A DNA stretch of 64,000 nt from Alphaproteobacteria bacterium (GCA_965228895.1 OZ245842.1:5248001-5312000); one strand, 5' to 3'; positions 49,529 through 59,959 are shown, numbered from the stretch's first letter. A program made the numbers and translations. Notes: generated by a model from the sequence alone, not told the origin.

Positions 49529-50116
49529 TTATTGTTCCGTCGTGAGACCGTCGGCGAAGTGCCGTCCCAGTTCGCGCGCCTCGGCGATCATCGCCGCGGG
49601 CCGCTCGCCGCCATCGGTCGAGTGGTGCAGATAGGTGAACCTGCCGTCTTCGATGCCGCAATAGTTGAAAATGCCGGTGACGATCTGGGTCTCGATCGCC
49701 GTGTCGAAGCCTCGCTTGGCATAGGTCGGTTCGTCCGATGCCGATAGTCCGATGGCGAGAGCCCGTTTGTGGGGCAGGAAGGCCGAACTGTAGGCCCAAT
49801 CCTTGTTCCAGACCCGGTCGATCCAGCCCTTCAGCATGGCGGGCATCGACCACCACCAGATCGGAAACACCAGGATAACCGCCTCGTTGCGCTCCATGCG
49901 GGCCATTTCGTCCTGAACAGCGGCGGAATAGACCTTGTCCTCGCGCTCCCAGTCGGGTTCGTCGGGTTCCTTAAGGCCGGGATCGAAACCCTCGCCGTAG
50001 AGATCGGCGAGCTCCGCCTCATGGCCAGCCTCTTGCAGGCCTTCGACAACCGCATCGGCTATCGCACCGGTCAGCGAATCCCTGCGCGGATGACACAGAA
50101 CAACCAAAACCTTCAT
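49529..50116 (-). CDS. Flavodoxin-like NAD(P)H:quinone oxidoreductase
   Basis: CHPRRDS, FPIWWWSMPAMLKGWIDRV. Confidence 0.92.
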   Translation of the reverse strand: MKVLVVLCHPRRDSLTGAIADAVVEGLQEAGHEAELADLYGEGFDPGLKEPDEPDWEREDKVYSAAVQDEMARMERNEAVILVFPIWWWSMPAMLKGWIDRVWNKDWAYSSAFLPHKRALAIGLSASDEPTYAKRGFDTAIETQIVTGIFNYCGIEDGRFTYLHHSTDGGERPAAMIAEARELGRHFADGLTTEQ

Positions 50117-50145
50117 GAAACGCCCCCAAGCTACACAGGTGGTCC

Positions 50146-53100
50146 TTATTCGGCTGCCGGCCTCAAGGCCATCTCGCGCAACGAGCGGTCGATCCAGAAG
50201 CGGGTCAGTTTTTCGTGCACGCCGTTTTGCGCGAGCCGCTGGGCCAAGCCAGGAAAGTCGACGCAGTCGAGCTGTTGATCCTGGTTGAAACAGGAGAAGA
50301 CGGGCGGCCGGCGTTCACCGGTCAGCGGATCGACATGGGGCTGCAGGCACTGGGCGCAGACCTCTTTCATCATGCATTGCATCGGACTGTTGATGCTGCC
50401 GATCGCGACGTGATTCTGCTTGAGCCAAGCCGAGAAGGCGCCGAAGCGCGCCGCCTTGACCGCCGCCATCATTTTGTCGGAGCCGATGGCGATGATGCGA
50501 TCGACCTCATTGAGGCTGATCGTGACGTCGCCCAGCTTGCCTTCCTGATAGGCGGTGACGGCATCGACGATGTTGCCGACAAAGCTGCGGTCCTGGGGCC
50601 GGCTTGGTTCGAAACCCGGTTGTTCGTCGCACGCCCAGACAATGGTGTCGGCGGCCTGCTCGATCTCCGCGACCTTGTAGCGGTCCTCGACCTTGCGGTA
50701 GCCGGCGACGTAGAGAACCTGATTCCCGGCTTCGCGCATGGCGCGACCGATGGAGAACAGGACGGCGTTGCCCAGGCCGCCGCCGAACAACAGCACCGTT
50801 TCGCCCGACGGGATCTCGGTCGGCGAACCGGTCGGACCCATGACGATCACCGGTTCGTCCTTGCGCAGGCTGGCCACCAGGTCGGACGATCCGCCCATCT
50901 CCAGAACGATCAGCGACAACAGGCCGCGCTCGGGATCGGTCCAGGCGCCCGTCATGGCGAGCGGTTCCATCGCCAACAACGTGTCGGCGGGCTTGCCGCT
51001 GAAACTCTCGTAGTTCTGCAGGCGGTAGAACTGGCCGGGCTTGAAGTTCACCGCCGCCTCGGGCGCATGAACGACAACCTCGACAATGGTTGGCGTCAAC
51101 CGCTCGACCCAGGCGACCGTTGCGACCAGACGCTTGGTGAGGCTCTCGAAGAAGGCCGACTCGCTTTTGCCAGCCGGGGGATCAAGGCGCTCGAGCATGC
51201 GTGTGATCACCGGATAGGCGCGCTTGGCGCCGCCCATCGCCTTGACCACATTGCCGGCGAAACTTGGATGCAGGTCGCCGTGGAAACTGACCGACCGGCC
51301 GTCCGGCGCGATGTGCATGAGGACGTCGGTCTCGGCCGGCTTGGCGACCTGTTCCGGGGCGACCGGCGCCGCGGATTCGTTGAAGGCCTGGAAGTACTTG
51401 CCGTCGAGCGACACGTGGCCGCTGTCTTCGCGCGCCAGAACCGTGTTCGGCTGGGTGCCGGCAGCGACCAATATCGCGCGCGCCGGCAACGTTACCTCGT
51501 TGCCGTCACTGTCGGCCGTGACCAGCGCGGCGGCGTGACCGTATTCATCGATGTCCACGCGTGTCGGCGACAGGCCGGGCGCAAAGCTGATGCCCTCCTC
51601 CAGCGCTAGCGCGACCTCTTCGTGGTTCAGCCGGTAGCTCGGTGAGTCCGTGATGTCGCGGCGATAGGCGATGGTGACGCCGCCCCAGGACTGCACGAGC
51701 TCGCGGATCCGGGCCTCGCGGCCTTCCGCAGCGGCGGCCTCGCGTTCGGCGCGGATGGCGCGGGCGTGAACCAGGAACTCATCGGCGATTCCGGCTTCTT
51801 CGGCGGTCCACGTCTCGCGCAGCTTGCCTTCCCGTCCGTCGGTGGCGAGCGCCTCGTAACGCGCCAGGAACTTTTCGACCTGCACGGGGTAATAGGCCAT
51901 CGACTCGGTCGCCGTATCGATCGCCGTCAGGCCACCGCCGATGACCACTGCCGGCAGGCGAAGCTGCAGGTTGGCAATCGACGGTTGACGGGCCGCGCCG
52001 GTCAGTTGCAGGGCCATCAGGAAGTCCGACGCCATGCGCACGCCGCGCGCCATCGCGTTCGGCATGTCGATATAGGTCGGCTTGCCGGCGCCGGCGGCGA
52101 GCGCGATGTGGTCGAACCCGGCGTCGAATGCGCTGTCGATGGTCAGCGTGCCGCCGAACCGGACGCCACCGAACATGCGGAAGCTATCGCGCCGCTCAAG
52201 CTGCAGGCGGATCAGCTTCAGGAAGTTTTTGTTCCAGCGCACGGTGATGCCGTATTCGGCGACGCCGCCGAAGCCCGCCATCACGCGGTCATCGAGATCT
52301 TCATAGAGTTGGTTGATGTCGCGGATAGGCCGGAACGCGTGACGGTTGCCCAAGAGGTCGATGCCGGAAATTTCCGGTTCCAACGGTTCGATCTTCAAGC
52401 CGTCGACACAGACCACCGTGTGGCCGTCGTTCATCAGGTGATGCGCCAGGTTGAAGCCGGCCGGCCCGACGCCGACCACCAGCACCTTGCGCCCGGTCTT
52501 TTCGCGCGGCACGGGCCGCTCGATGTTCAGCGGGTTCCAGCGCGACAACAGGCTGTAGATCTCGAAACCCCAGGACAGTTCCAGGATGTCCTTCAAGGTC
52601 CGGGTCTCGATCTGCGGAATGTCGACGGGTTCCTGCTTTTGATAGATGCAGGCCTTCATGCAGTCGTTGCAGATACGGTGGCCGGTCGCCGCGCATAGCG
52701 GGTTGTCGACCATGGCGACGGCGAGCGCCGCCAGCGACAGGCCGGAGGCTTTGAGAAGGTTCATCTCCGATACCTTCTCATCGAGCGGACAGCCGGCCAG
52801 CGTCACGCCGTGCGGGCTCTGCTTGAACGCGCCTTCCTTGTCGGTCAGCCCCGTCGAGCAGCTGTCCTTGCCCTGGTTATGGCACCAGATGCAGTAGTTG
52901 GCGTGATCGAGCGCGGCTTCCAGATCCATGCCGTGATCGGTCAGGGCAAACCCTTCGCGCCGGCGCAGGTCGTGCTCGGGCAGTCGCAGCATGGTGACGC
53001 CGCCGATCTCGATCGTCTCGACCGGCACCAGGTGATCGGGGTTCACCTTTTCCGGCAGATGGAACAGCGGGCTCTTGCGGTAGCGGTGCCGGCCTTCCTC

Positions 53101-53619
53101 CGACAACGCGGCCCAGGCGGCGAACCGGGCGGCGGCGGCAAGCGCCTCGGCGTTGACTTCCTCGTCGTCCAGCCATGCCATCACAGCGCGGGCGAAGGAA
53201 AGCTCGGTCAGCGTCTCGCCGATCAGCGCCTCGACCGCACGGCGCAGCGCGGCGCCGTCGGCCGCCGCCAGCTCGTCGGGCTTGAAGGCCTTGGCGGCGC
53301 GCCGGCGCACGAAGATGCGCTTGCATTCGTAGATCGGATTGAGCCGGTCGCGTTCGCCACGCAGGTTCGCCAGTTCGTCACCGACGCCGAACAGCTCGGT
53401 GACGAAGTCTTCGACCGTTGAACCCAGGTCGGTCAGCAGGTCGGAATGGGTCTTGGCGTCAAGACCGGCGGGTTCGCTGCGCGCCGCCATCAGGCGGTTG
53501 AACAGCTCGGCGTCTGTCTCCTTCAAGCGCTCGACAAAGTCGCGGTCGAGACGCACCAACCCATCACGATCGTAGAGGTCGTCGAAGGAAAACCCGAATG
53601 CCAGGGAAAGCTCGGTCAT
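50146..53619 (-). CDS. GltD/NfnB-like Fe-S flavoprotein fused to an FNR/PyrK(NfnA)-like domain
   Basis: CIWC...C...GCP and ICNDCMKAC; GVGPAG, GGGLTAID; C-terminal GPTG, GGGLG and MQCMMKEVCAQC...C. Confidence 0.85.
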   Translation of the reverse strand: MTELSLAFGFSFDDLYDRDGLVRLDRDFVERLKETDAELFNRLMAARSEPAGLDAKTHSDLLTDLGSTVEDFVTELFGVGDELANLRGERDRLNPIYECKRIFVRRRAAKAFKPDELAAADGAALRRAVEALIGETLTELSFARAVMAWLDDEEVNAEALAAAARFAAWAALSEEGRHRYRKSPLFHLPEKVNPDHLVPVETIEIGGVTMLRLPEHDLRRREGFALTDHGMDLEAALDHANYCIWCHNQGKDSCSTGLTDKEGAFKQSPHGVTLAGCPLDEKVSEMNLLKASGLSLAALAVAMVDNPLCAATGHRICNDCMKACIYQKQEPVDIPQIETRTLKDILELSWGFEIYSLLSRWNPLNIERPVPREKTGRKVLVVGVGPAGFNLAHHLMNDGHTVVCVDGLKIEPLEPEISGIDLLGNRHAFRPIRDINQLYEDLDDRVMAGFGGVAEYGITVRWNKNFLKLIRLQLERRDSFRMFGGVRFGGTLTIDSAFDAGFDHIALAAGAGKPTYIDMPNAMARGVRMASDFLMALQLTGAARQPSIANLQLRLPAVVIGGGLTAIDTATESMAYYPVQVEKFLARYEALATDGREGKLRETWTAEEAGIADEFLVHARAIRAEREAAAAEGREARIRELVQSWGGVTIAYRRDITDSPSYRLNHEEVALALEEGISFAPGLSPTRVDIDEYGHAAALVTADSDGNEVTLPARAILVAAGTQPNTVLAREDSGHVSLDGKYFQAFNESAAPVAPEQVAKPAETDVLMHIAPDGRSVSFHGDLHPSFAGNVVKAMGGAKRAYPVITRMLERLDPPAGKSESAFFESLTKRLVATVAWVERLTPTIVEVVVHAPEAAVNFKPGQFYRLQNYESFSGKPADTLLAMEPLAMTGAWTDPERGLLSLIVLEMGGSSDLVASLRKDEPVIVMGPTGSPTEIPSGETVLLFGGGLGNAVLFSIGRAMREAGNQVLYVAGYRKVEDRYKVAEIEQAADTIVWACDEQPGFEPSRPQDRSFVGNIVDAVTAYQEGKLGDVTISLNEVDRIIAIGSDKMMAAVKAARFGAFSAWLKQNHVAIGSINSPMQCMMKEVCAQCLQPHVDPLTGERRPPVFSCFNQDQQLDCVDFPGLAQRLAQNGVHEKLTRFWIDRSLREMALRPAAE

Positions 53620-53684
53620 GGCCACCTTGGGGAACGGAACAATGGCGTCAGGCGTCGAAGGCGCCGGCGCGACGGCCTTATATA

Positions 53685-54458
53685 TCATCCAGCTTGCCGG
53701 GCAACGTCTGGAATGGGTGTATCGGCGGCGACCACCTTCGGTGATTCCATAAGGTGGATGCCGCACTCGGCCTTGTCGTTGCCGGCCCAGCGGCCGTCGC
53801 GGATATCGTCATCGCCGGTCACCGGACGGGTGCACGGCGCGCAGCCGATCGAGACATAGTGGCGTTCCAGCAAGGGGTGCTTGGGGAGCTTCTTGTCGGC
53901 GATGAACTTGAAGACATCGCGCCGGTCCCAATCGGCCAGCGGGTTGATCTTGACCCAGCCATCGGAGGCTTCGACCGGCGGCAGGCTTTGCCGGCCGCCG
54001 CCATGGAAACGCTTTCGTCCGGTAACCCAGGCGGCATAGGGGGTCAGCGCCTGAACCATCGGCGTCACCTTGCGCAGGAAACAGCAGGCGTCGGGATTGT
54101 CGCGCCACAGGGTGCCGCCGGGATCGGTCGCCGCGATATCGACGATGTCGGGACCGGCGGAGCGTACGCCGGTCAGTCCCAGGTGAGCGATCACGTGGTC
54201 GCGGTAGGCAAGAGTCTCCGGGAACAGCTGGCCGGTATCCAGGAAGATCACCGGGATGGCCGGGTCGATCTCGGCGGCGAGCGCCAGGAGCGCGACCGCC
54301 TCGGCGCCAAAGGACGAGGCAACGGCGATCTCGCCGGCGAACGGGCCCTCCACCGCGGCTTGCAACAGGTCGCGCCCCGTCAGATGACCGTGGTCCAGGG
54401 CGAACTCGGCGGCCCGCCGTTTCGCGCGGTCGCGGCGTTGCTGGCGCCAGTCGCTCAT
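53685..54458 (-). CDS. cysH: PAPS/APS reductase
   Basis: SSFG, CCFLRK, SIGCAPCT, ECGIH. Confidence 0.93.
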   Translation of the reverse strand: MSDWRQQRRDRAKRRAAEFALDHGHLTGRDLLQAAVEGPFAGEIAVASSFGAEAVALLALAAEIDPAIPVIFLDTGQLFPETLAYRDHVIAHLGLTGVRSAGPDIVDIAATDPGGTLWRDNPDACCFLRKVTPMVQALTPYAAWVTGRKRFHGGGRQSLPPVEASDGWVKINPLADWDRRDVFKFIADKKLPKHPLLERHYVSIGCAPCTRPVTGDDDIRDGRWAGNDKAECGIHLMESPKVVAADTPIPDVARQAG

Positions 54459-55015
54459 CCCAGCCATCCCTGTTCGTCGATGTACCGGTCGGTCCGGCGT
54501 TTGACCGCCGCCATGTCGGCGCCGTCGGCGCGCCAGTCGTTCCTGGCCTCAGCCAGTTCGTTGATCCGTCCGGCCCATTCCGGCCCGAACAGCCGCTCGA
54601 CATAACGGCGCAACGAGCCCGCAAGGCCGGGCGCACGGCCGGCGGTCGAGATGGTCAGTGTCAAATCACCGCGCCGAACCAGGGCGGGCAGGTGAAAGTC
54701 GCAATATGGTTTGCGGTCCTCGACGTTGACCAGGACCTTTAGTGCGCGGCAGGCGTCGGCTATCGGCCCCGCAACGGTGTCGCTTAGACCGGCGACAAAC
54801 ACCACGTCGGCCTCCGCGAGGTCGCGGGTCTCGGGCAGGCGCGCCACCAACCGGTCGCTGGCCACCGCCTCCAGGGCGTCGCCCGTCCGGTCGGAATAGA
54901 CCGTGATATGGCGGGCGCCGGCGTTCTCGCAGAACTTGAGCTTGCGCGCGGCGGCCGCGCCACGGCCGACCACCGCGATCTTCAGGCGTGTCACGTCGAG
55001 CTGAACGGGCAACAT
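54455..55015 (-). CDS. Precorrin-2 dehydrogenase/ferrochelatase (CysG N-terminal module)
   Basis: VNVED...CDFHLPALVRRGDL...IST. Confidence 0.88.
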   Translation of the reverse strand: MLPVQLDVTRLKIAVVGRGAAAARKLKFCENAGARHITVYSDRTGDALEAVASDRLVARLPETRDLAEADVVFVAGLSDTVAGPIADACRALKVLVNVEDRKPYCDFHLPALVRRGDLTLTISTAGRAPGLAGSLRRYVERLFGPEWAGRINELAEARNDWRADGADMAAVKRRTDRYIDEQGWLG

Positions 55016-55483
55016 ATCAAGCCACTCCCGCAAGACGGCGCGCCAATGCCAGGTGGCAGGCAAACCGGCGTTGACGCAGGGACAAGCCAGATTTGGGTGT
55101 CTGGGGGCAGGTCAGGGACATCACCATGGTCGGTCTCCGCAGATCCGTGTCGTTCGTGGCCGGATCTTCTGCTTGCGGGTCGCCGACGGTGGCGCGGGCA
55201 AAAAAATGCCGCCCTCTCAAAGTGATGGGCGGTCTGCCCACCGCTTTAGCCGTATTTCTAGAGCGCCCGCAAGCTGATGATCAAATCGGCGCTATGCACA
55301 CGAATATGCGTGCCTGGCGGCGTGGCCGCAAACGAGAAATGCTAGGGCGATTGATAAGTATTTCTAAGGATAAGCTCTGGGCAGGGTCAACGTCCATGGG
55401 GCGCCAGGCCAACCGTATGCGGCTCCCTCGGAGAATGATCTCCCCGAGGGAGCGCACGTGGCACGAACAGGGTGCCGTGCAGA

Positions 55484-56917
55484 CTACTGCCAGCCGCTGA
55501 CCGACTTCACCTCGAGAAAGTCCTCAAGGCCCCAGACGCCGCCTTCGCGACCGTTACCGGATTGGCGGTAGCCGCCGAACGGTGAACCGGCTCCGCCCGA
55601 ATGGCCGTTGATCTCCACCATGCCGCTGCGCAGCACACGGGCGGTGCGGCGCGCCTTGTCCAGATCCTGGGTCTGAACATAGTTGGTCAGACCATAGGCC
55701 GTGTCGTTGGCCAATTCGATGGCCTCATCCTCGCTGTCGAACGGCGTGATCGCGAGCACCGGGCCAAAGATCTCCTCGCGCCAGATCGTCATGTCCTGGT
55801 CGACATCGGCGAAAACGGTCGGGCGGGCGAACCAGCCTCGGTTCAACCCGTCAGGTCGGCCGGTGCCGCCGGCCACCAGCCGCGCGCCTTCGTCGATGCC
55901 TTTTTGAATCAGACCCTGGATCTTGTCCCATTGCACTTCCGAGACAACGGGGCCTATCTGGCTTCCATCGATGTCGGCGGCGGCGACCTCGGTCTGCTGG
56001 GCGACTGACTGCGCCGTCTCGACCGCCTTGTCGTAGAGCGACCGCTCCACCAGCATGCGCGTCGGTGCGTTGCAGGATTGGCCGGAGTTGTTGAAGCAAT
56101 GGCGCACGCCACGCGTCACGGCCTTGTCGTCCGCATCGGCAAAGATGATGTTCGCGCCTTTGCCGCCCAGTTCGAGCGTCACGCGCTTGATCGTGTCGGC
56201 GGCGTTCTTGGTGATGGCGCGGCCGGCGCGGGTGGACCCGGTGAAGCTGACCATGTCGACATCGGGATGGACGGAAAGCTGGCTGCCCACGCCCGGGCCA
56301 TCGCCATTGACCAGATTGAAGACACCTGCGGGTATGTCGGCGGCATCGACCATCTCGGCAAACAGGTAGGACGAGAGCGGAGCCACCTCGGACGGCTTCA
56401 AAACGACCGTGCAACCCGCCGCGAGCGCCGGCGCGACCTTGAGAACGACCTGGTTCATCGGCCAGTTCCATGGCGTGATCAGCGCACAGACGCCGATCGG
56501 TTCCATGAGGATGCGATCGCCGGGCGCGTGATCGCCCAGCATGCGGTCGAATTGAAAGCTCTTAAGCGTCTCGATCGCGTCTTTCAAATGACCGATGCCG
56601 GCGCCAACCTGGGCGGTGCGCGCCAAGGCGATGGGCGCTCCCATTTCCTGGCTGATCGCCTGGGCCATGTCCTCCGCACGCGCCTTGTAGGCCGCGAGCA
56701 ACCGCTCCAGCGCGGCCACCCGCTCTTCCTTGGGACATTGCGCCCATGCGGGAAGGGCGGCCTTTGCCGCGGCGACAGCCATGTTCGTATCGGCTTCACC
56801 GCCTAGCGAGATCGTCGCGAACGGTTCCTCGGTCGAGGGATTCAACACGGTCAGGTCCTGACCCTCGATTGGCGCAACCCAGGCGCCATTGATGTAAAAC
56901 TCGCGTGCGTCCTGCAT
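55484..56917 (-). CDS. Aldehyde dehydrogenase
   Basis: ITPWNWP, FTGS, LELGGK, GQSC, EEIFGP. Confidence 0.95.
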   Translation of the reverse strand: MQDAREFYINGAWVAPIEGQDLTVLNPSTEEPFATISLGGEADTNMAVAAAKAALPAWAQCPKEERVAALERLLAAYKARAEDMAQAISQEMGAPIALARTAQVGAGIGHLKDAIETLKSFQFDRMLGDHAPGDRILMEPIGVCALITPWNWPMNQVVLKVAPALAAGCTVVLKPSEVAPLSSYLFAEMVDAADIPAGVFNLVNGDGPGVGSQLSVHPDVDMVSFTGSTRAGRAITKNAADTIKRVTLELGGKGANIIFADADDKAVTRGVRHCFNNSGQSCNAPTRMLVERSLYDKAVETAQSVAQQTEVAAADIDGSQIGPVVSEVQWDKIQGLIQKGIDEGARLVAGGTGRPDGLNRGWFARPTVFADVDQDMTIWREEIFGPVLAITPFDSEDEAIELANDTAYGLTNYVQTQDLDKARRTARVLRSGMVEINGHSGGAGSPFGGYRQSGNGREGGVWGLEDFLEVKSVSGWQ

Positions 56918-57203
56918 GTCTCTCTCCATTGGCGTGCGGATCAACGGGTGATCCGAGCGTTGGTTGGTCAGAAAGCGGCAGGGCTCGACAGCCCCGCGAA
57001 ACGTCGGGAGAACGATGTGATATGTGGTGCGAATAACTATCAGTTGCAATACTCGAAGTTGGCTTTAGGCCGCCAATCCGCTGGTTTAGTCGATCAATCG
57101 AGATCGCGAGGTCTGGCATCCTCAGTGCGGTTTCCGTCGGTTGCGGGGGGACGGTCGGGCGCAGTAAACTCGGCGCCGCGACCCCCGGACGATAAACTGT
57201 TGG

Positions 57204-59567
57204 ATGACCACCATGGCCTTGGCTGAATCCCAGACAAGCCCGGTCCGGCCGCGACTTTTGTTGCCAGGACTGGCCCGTTGGAAGCCGGGACAAGAACGGT
57301 ATCAGGTCACCGGGGGCGGTTCGGTAACCGTGCCGGTGTTCGCCGGCGACCAGATCCATGTCATGGATCCCGAGGGCCGTCAGGCCTGCGAAATCGTCGC
57401 CGTGACCGCAGACGGCCGTGAGGCACCGGGCCTGTTGGGCGCCGAAGACGGCGGACCCGGGCAGGGTTTGCGACAGATGGTGAAGGCTGGCGGCGACAAC
57501 GCAGCCGGTTTGCTGGCGGCGCTCGACAAGCGTGGCCTCGACATTGGCTTTGAGCGCGCCATTCACTGTTTCGGTCCGGAGACGCCGGCCTTCGAGACGG
57601 CGTCGTTTGCGGTCGACGGCGACGGCATCGTCATCGTGGCGGCGCCGGGCGAGGACATGGCGGTCGATACGCACAATCCGCCGACAGCGCTTGAGCTGAC
57701 GATCGAGCGGGCGGATCCCAAGCAGGCGGCCGAAGCCAACCTGCCCGACCCGCTTGCCGATGTGCGTCACGAGCACCGGATCGTTGCCGGCTCCGCCCAC
57801 GCCTTTGAGGTGCGCGAAGGCGAGTACATCCAGATCCTGGATGTCGAGGGGCGCGAGTGTTCGGACTTTCAGGCTTTCGCGACGCGCCAGCTCGACAAGG
57901 GCATCGAGCGCGACATCGACCCGACGGCGACGCGCACGCTGATGGGCGCGATCTATCCCGGCCCCGGCCTCTTCTCAAAATTCTACGACACCGATCTCGA
58001 GCCGAAGCTGGAGCTGATCCAGGACATGGTCGGGCGCCACGACACGTTCGGCTTTGCCTGTACGGCCAAGTACTACGACGATGTCGGCTATCCCGGCCAC
58101 GTCAACTGCACGGAGAACTTCAACAACGCCCTGGCGCCCTATGGCATCGCGCCGCGCGGCGGCTGGCAGGCGATCAACTTCTTCTACAACACCAATATCG
58201 ACGACAACCATCAGCTCTATCTGGACGATCCATGGTCCAGACCGGGCGACCATGTCATCGTGCGCGCGCTGGAAGACATGGTCTGTGTCGCCTCGGCCTG
58301 TCCCGATGACATTTCCGCCGCCAACGGCTGGAACCCGACCGACATCCTGGCCCGGATCTACGCTCCCGAAAACGTTTTCAAGAAAGCGATTGCCTTCCGC
58401 ATGACGCCCGACGCCGAACCTGAAATGACCAAGGAAACCGCATTCCACGCGCGGACCTCCGAACTCACCCGCAACGTCACCGAATACAACGGCTATTGGT
58501 TGCCGACCCACTACACCAACCACGGCAAGGTCGATGAGTACTGGGCTTGCCGCGAAGGCGTGGTGGCGCTTGACCTCAGTCCCTTGCGCAAGTTCGAGGT
58601 CACCGGCCCCGATGCCGAGGAGCTGATGCAGCGCACCCTGACGCGCAATGTCAGGAAGCTGGCCGAAGGCGAGGTCGTTTATTCGGCCATGTGTTACGAG
58701 CACGGCGGCATGATCGACGACGGCACGCTGTTCCGCATGTCGGACACGAATTTCCGTTGGGTCGGCGGCAGCGACTACGGTGGCAAATGGTTGCGCGAGA
58801 AGGCGGCCGAATGGGGTCTGCGCGCCTGGGTCAAGTCGTCGACCGATCAGCTCCACAACTTCGCGGTCCAGGGACCAAAGAGCCGCGATCTCTTGCGCGA
58901 CGTCATCTGGACACCGCCGGCGCAGCCGTCAATGGACGAGGTCGCGTGGTTCCGTTTCACCATCGGGCGTATCGGTGGTCACAACGGTGTGCCCGTCGTC
59001 GTCTCGCGCACCGGCTATACCGGTGAGCTCGGCTATGAGGTCTGGTGCCATCCCAAACACGGGACAGAGGTCTGGGATGCCGTGTGGCAGGCGGGTGAAC
59101 CCCATGGCTTGACGCCGCTCGGCCTCGACGCGCTCGACATGTTGCGCATCGAAGCCGGCCTTATTTTTGCCGGCTACGAGTTCGACGATCAGACCGATCC
59201 GTTCGAGGCGGGGATTGGCTTTACGGTCGCGCTGAAACACGGCGAGGACTTCATCGGCCGCGACGCGCTCGTTCGGCGCAAGGAGAACCCGCAGAAGAAG
59301 CTGGTCGGCCTGGAGGTCGAAGGCGGCGAGGCTGCCGGCCATGGCGACTGCGTCCACATCGGGCGCGCGCAGATCGGCGTCGTCACGTCCGGCATGAAGT
59401 CGCCAATTTTGAAGAAGAACATCGCGCTTGCCCGGTTGGATGTCGCGCACGCCGAGCCCGGCACCGAGGTCGAAATCGGCAAGCTCGACGGCCATCAAAA
59501 GCGCATTCCAGCGACCGTTCAGCCGTTCCCATTCTATGATCCAAAAAAGGAGCGGCCGCGGTCATAA
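57204..59567 (+). CDS. tdm: TMAO demethylase-like protein (DUF1989 + GcvT aminomethyltransferase)
   Basis: DUF1989 RHDTF..AC..GHVNC..SACPDD fused to GcvT (SRTGYTGELGYE). Confidence 0.82.
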   Translation: MTTMALAESQTSPVRPRLLLPGLARWKPGQERYQVTGGGSVTVPVFAGDQIHVMDPEGRQACEIVAVTADGREAPGLLGAEDGGPGQGLRQMVKAGGDNAAGLLAALDKRGLDIGFERAIHCFGPETPAFETASFAVDGDGIVIVAAPGEDMAVDTHNPPTALELTIERADPKQAAEANLPDPLADVRHEHRIVAGSAHAFEVREGEYIQILDVEGRECSDFQAFATRQLDKGIERDIDPTATRTLMGAIYPGPGLFSKFYDTDLEPKLELIQDMVGRHDTFGFACTAKYYDDVGYPGHVNCTENFNNALAPYGIAPRGGWQAINFFYNTNIDDNHQLYLDDPWSRPGDHVIVRALEDMVCVASACPDDISAANGWNPTDILARIYAPENVFKKAIAFRMTPDAEPEMTKETAFHARTSELTRNVTEYNGYWLPTHYTNHGKVDEYWACREGVVALDLSPLRKFEVTGPDAEELMQRTLTRNVRKLAEGEVVYSAMCYEHGGMIDDGTLFRMSDTNFRWVGGSDYGGKWLREKAAEWGLRAWVKSSTDQLHNFAVQGPKSRDLLRDVIWTPPAQPSMDEVAWFRFTIGRIGGHNGVPVVVSRTGYTGELGYEVWCHPKHGTEVWDAVWQAGEPHGLTPLGLDALDMLRIEAGLIFAGYEFDDQTDPFEAGIGFTVALKHGEDFIGRDALVRRKENPQKKLVGLEVEGGEAAGHGDCVHIGRAQIGVVTSGMKSPILKKNIALARLDVAHAEPGTEVEIGKLDGHQKRIPATVQPFPFYDPKKERPRS

Positions 59568-59599
59568 TGATCCACCCGATTCATCTAGGAGGAAAAAGC

Positions 59600-59737
59600 A
59601 TGAAGGGTATTCTGTCGTTGTTGGCGATTATCGGTTTTGCGCTCGGCATCACCGCGTGCAACACGGTTGAGGGCGCCGGCGAAGATATCGAGGATTCCGG
59701 CGAGTGGATTCAGGATCAGGCGGAAGACGATTCGTAG
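59600..59737 (+). CDS. Entericidin A/B family lipoprotein
   Basis: AGGAGG RBS; MKGILSLLAIIGFALGITACNTVEGAGEDIE; too short for the ORF track. Confidence 0.9.
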   Translation: MKGILSLLAIIGFALGITACNTVEGAGEDIEDSGEWIQDQAEDDS

Positions 59738-59753
59738 GCCGCCGCTGGTCGCT

Positions 59754-59891
59754 TAGAGCGGATCATGGTTAGGGGGAACCGCTTGACGGTTCCCCCTAAC
59801 CATGTGAATCCGCTCTCCATCTTTGAGTAGAGCAGATTCACCTGCCTTGAAGGGATCGCGAAGCGATCCCTTCGAAAACAGGATCTGCTCG
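59754..59891. repeat. Intergenic double-palindrome element (RIME/RPE/MITE-like)
   Basis: AGAGCGGAT...ATCCGCTCT enclosing a perfect 18-bp stem; GAGCAGAT...ATCTGCTC enclosing an 11-bp stem. Confidence 0.75.
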
Positions 59892-59895
59892 AAGC

Positions 59896-59940
59896 AAAAA
59901 AAGGGCCGGCGCCTGGATGAGGCGCCGGCCCGTTTCTTTT
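59896..59940. terminator. Bidirectional terminator
   Basis: A7-GGGCCGGCGCC stem-T-rich, between convergent genes. Confidence 0.85.
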
Positions 59941-59959
59941 GGTACGGATGAAGCGGTTG

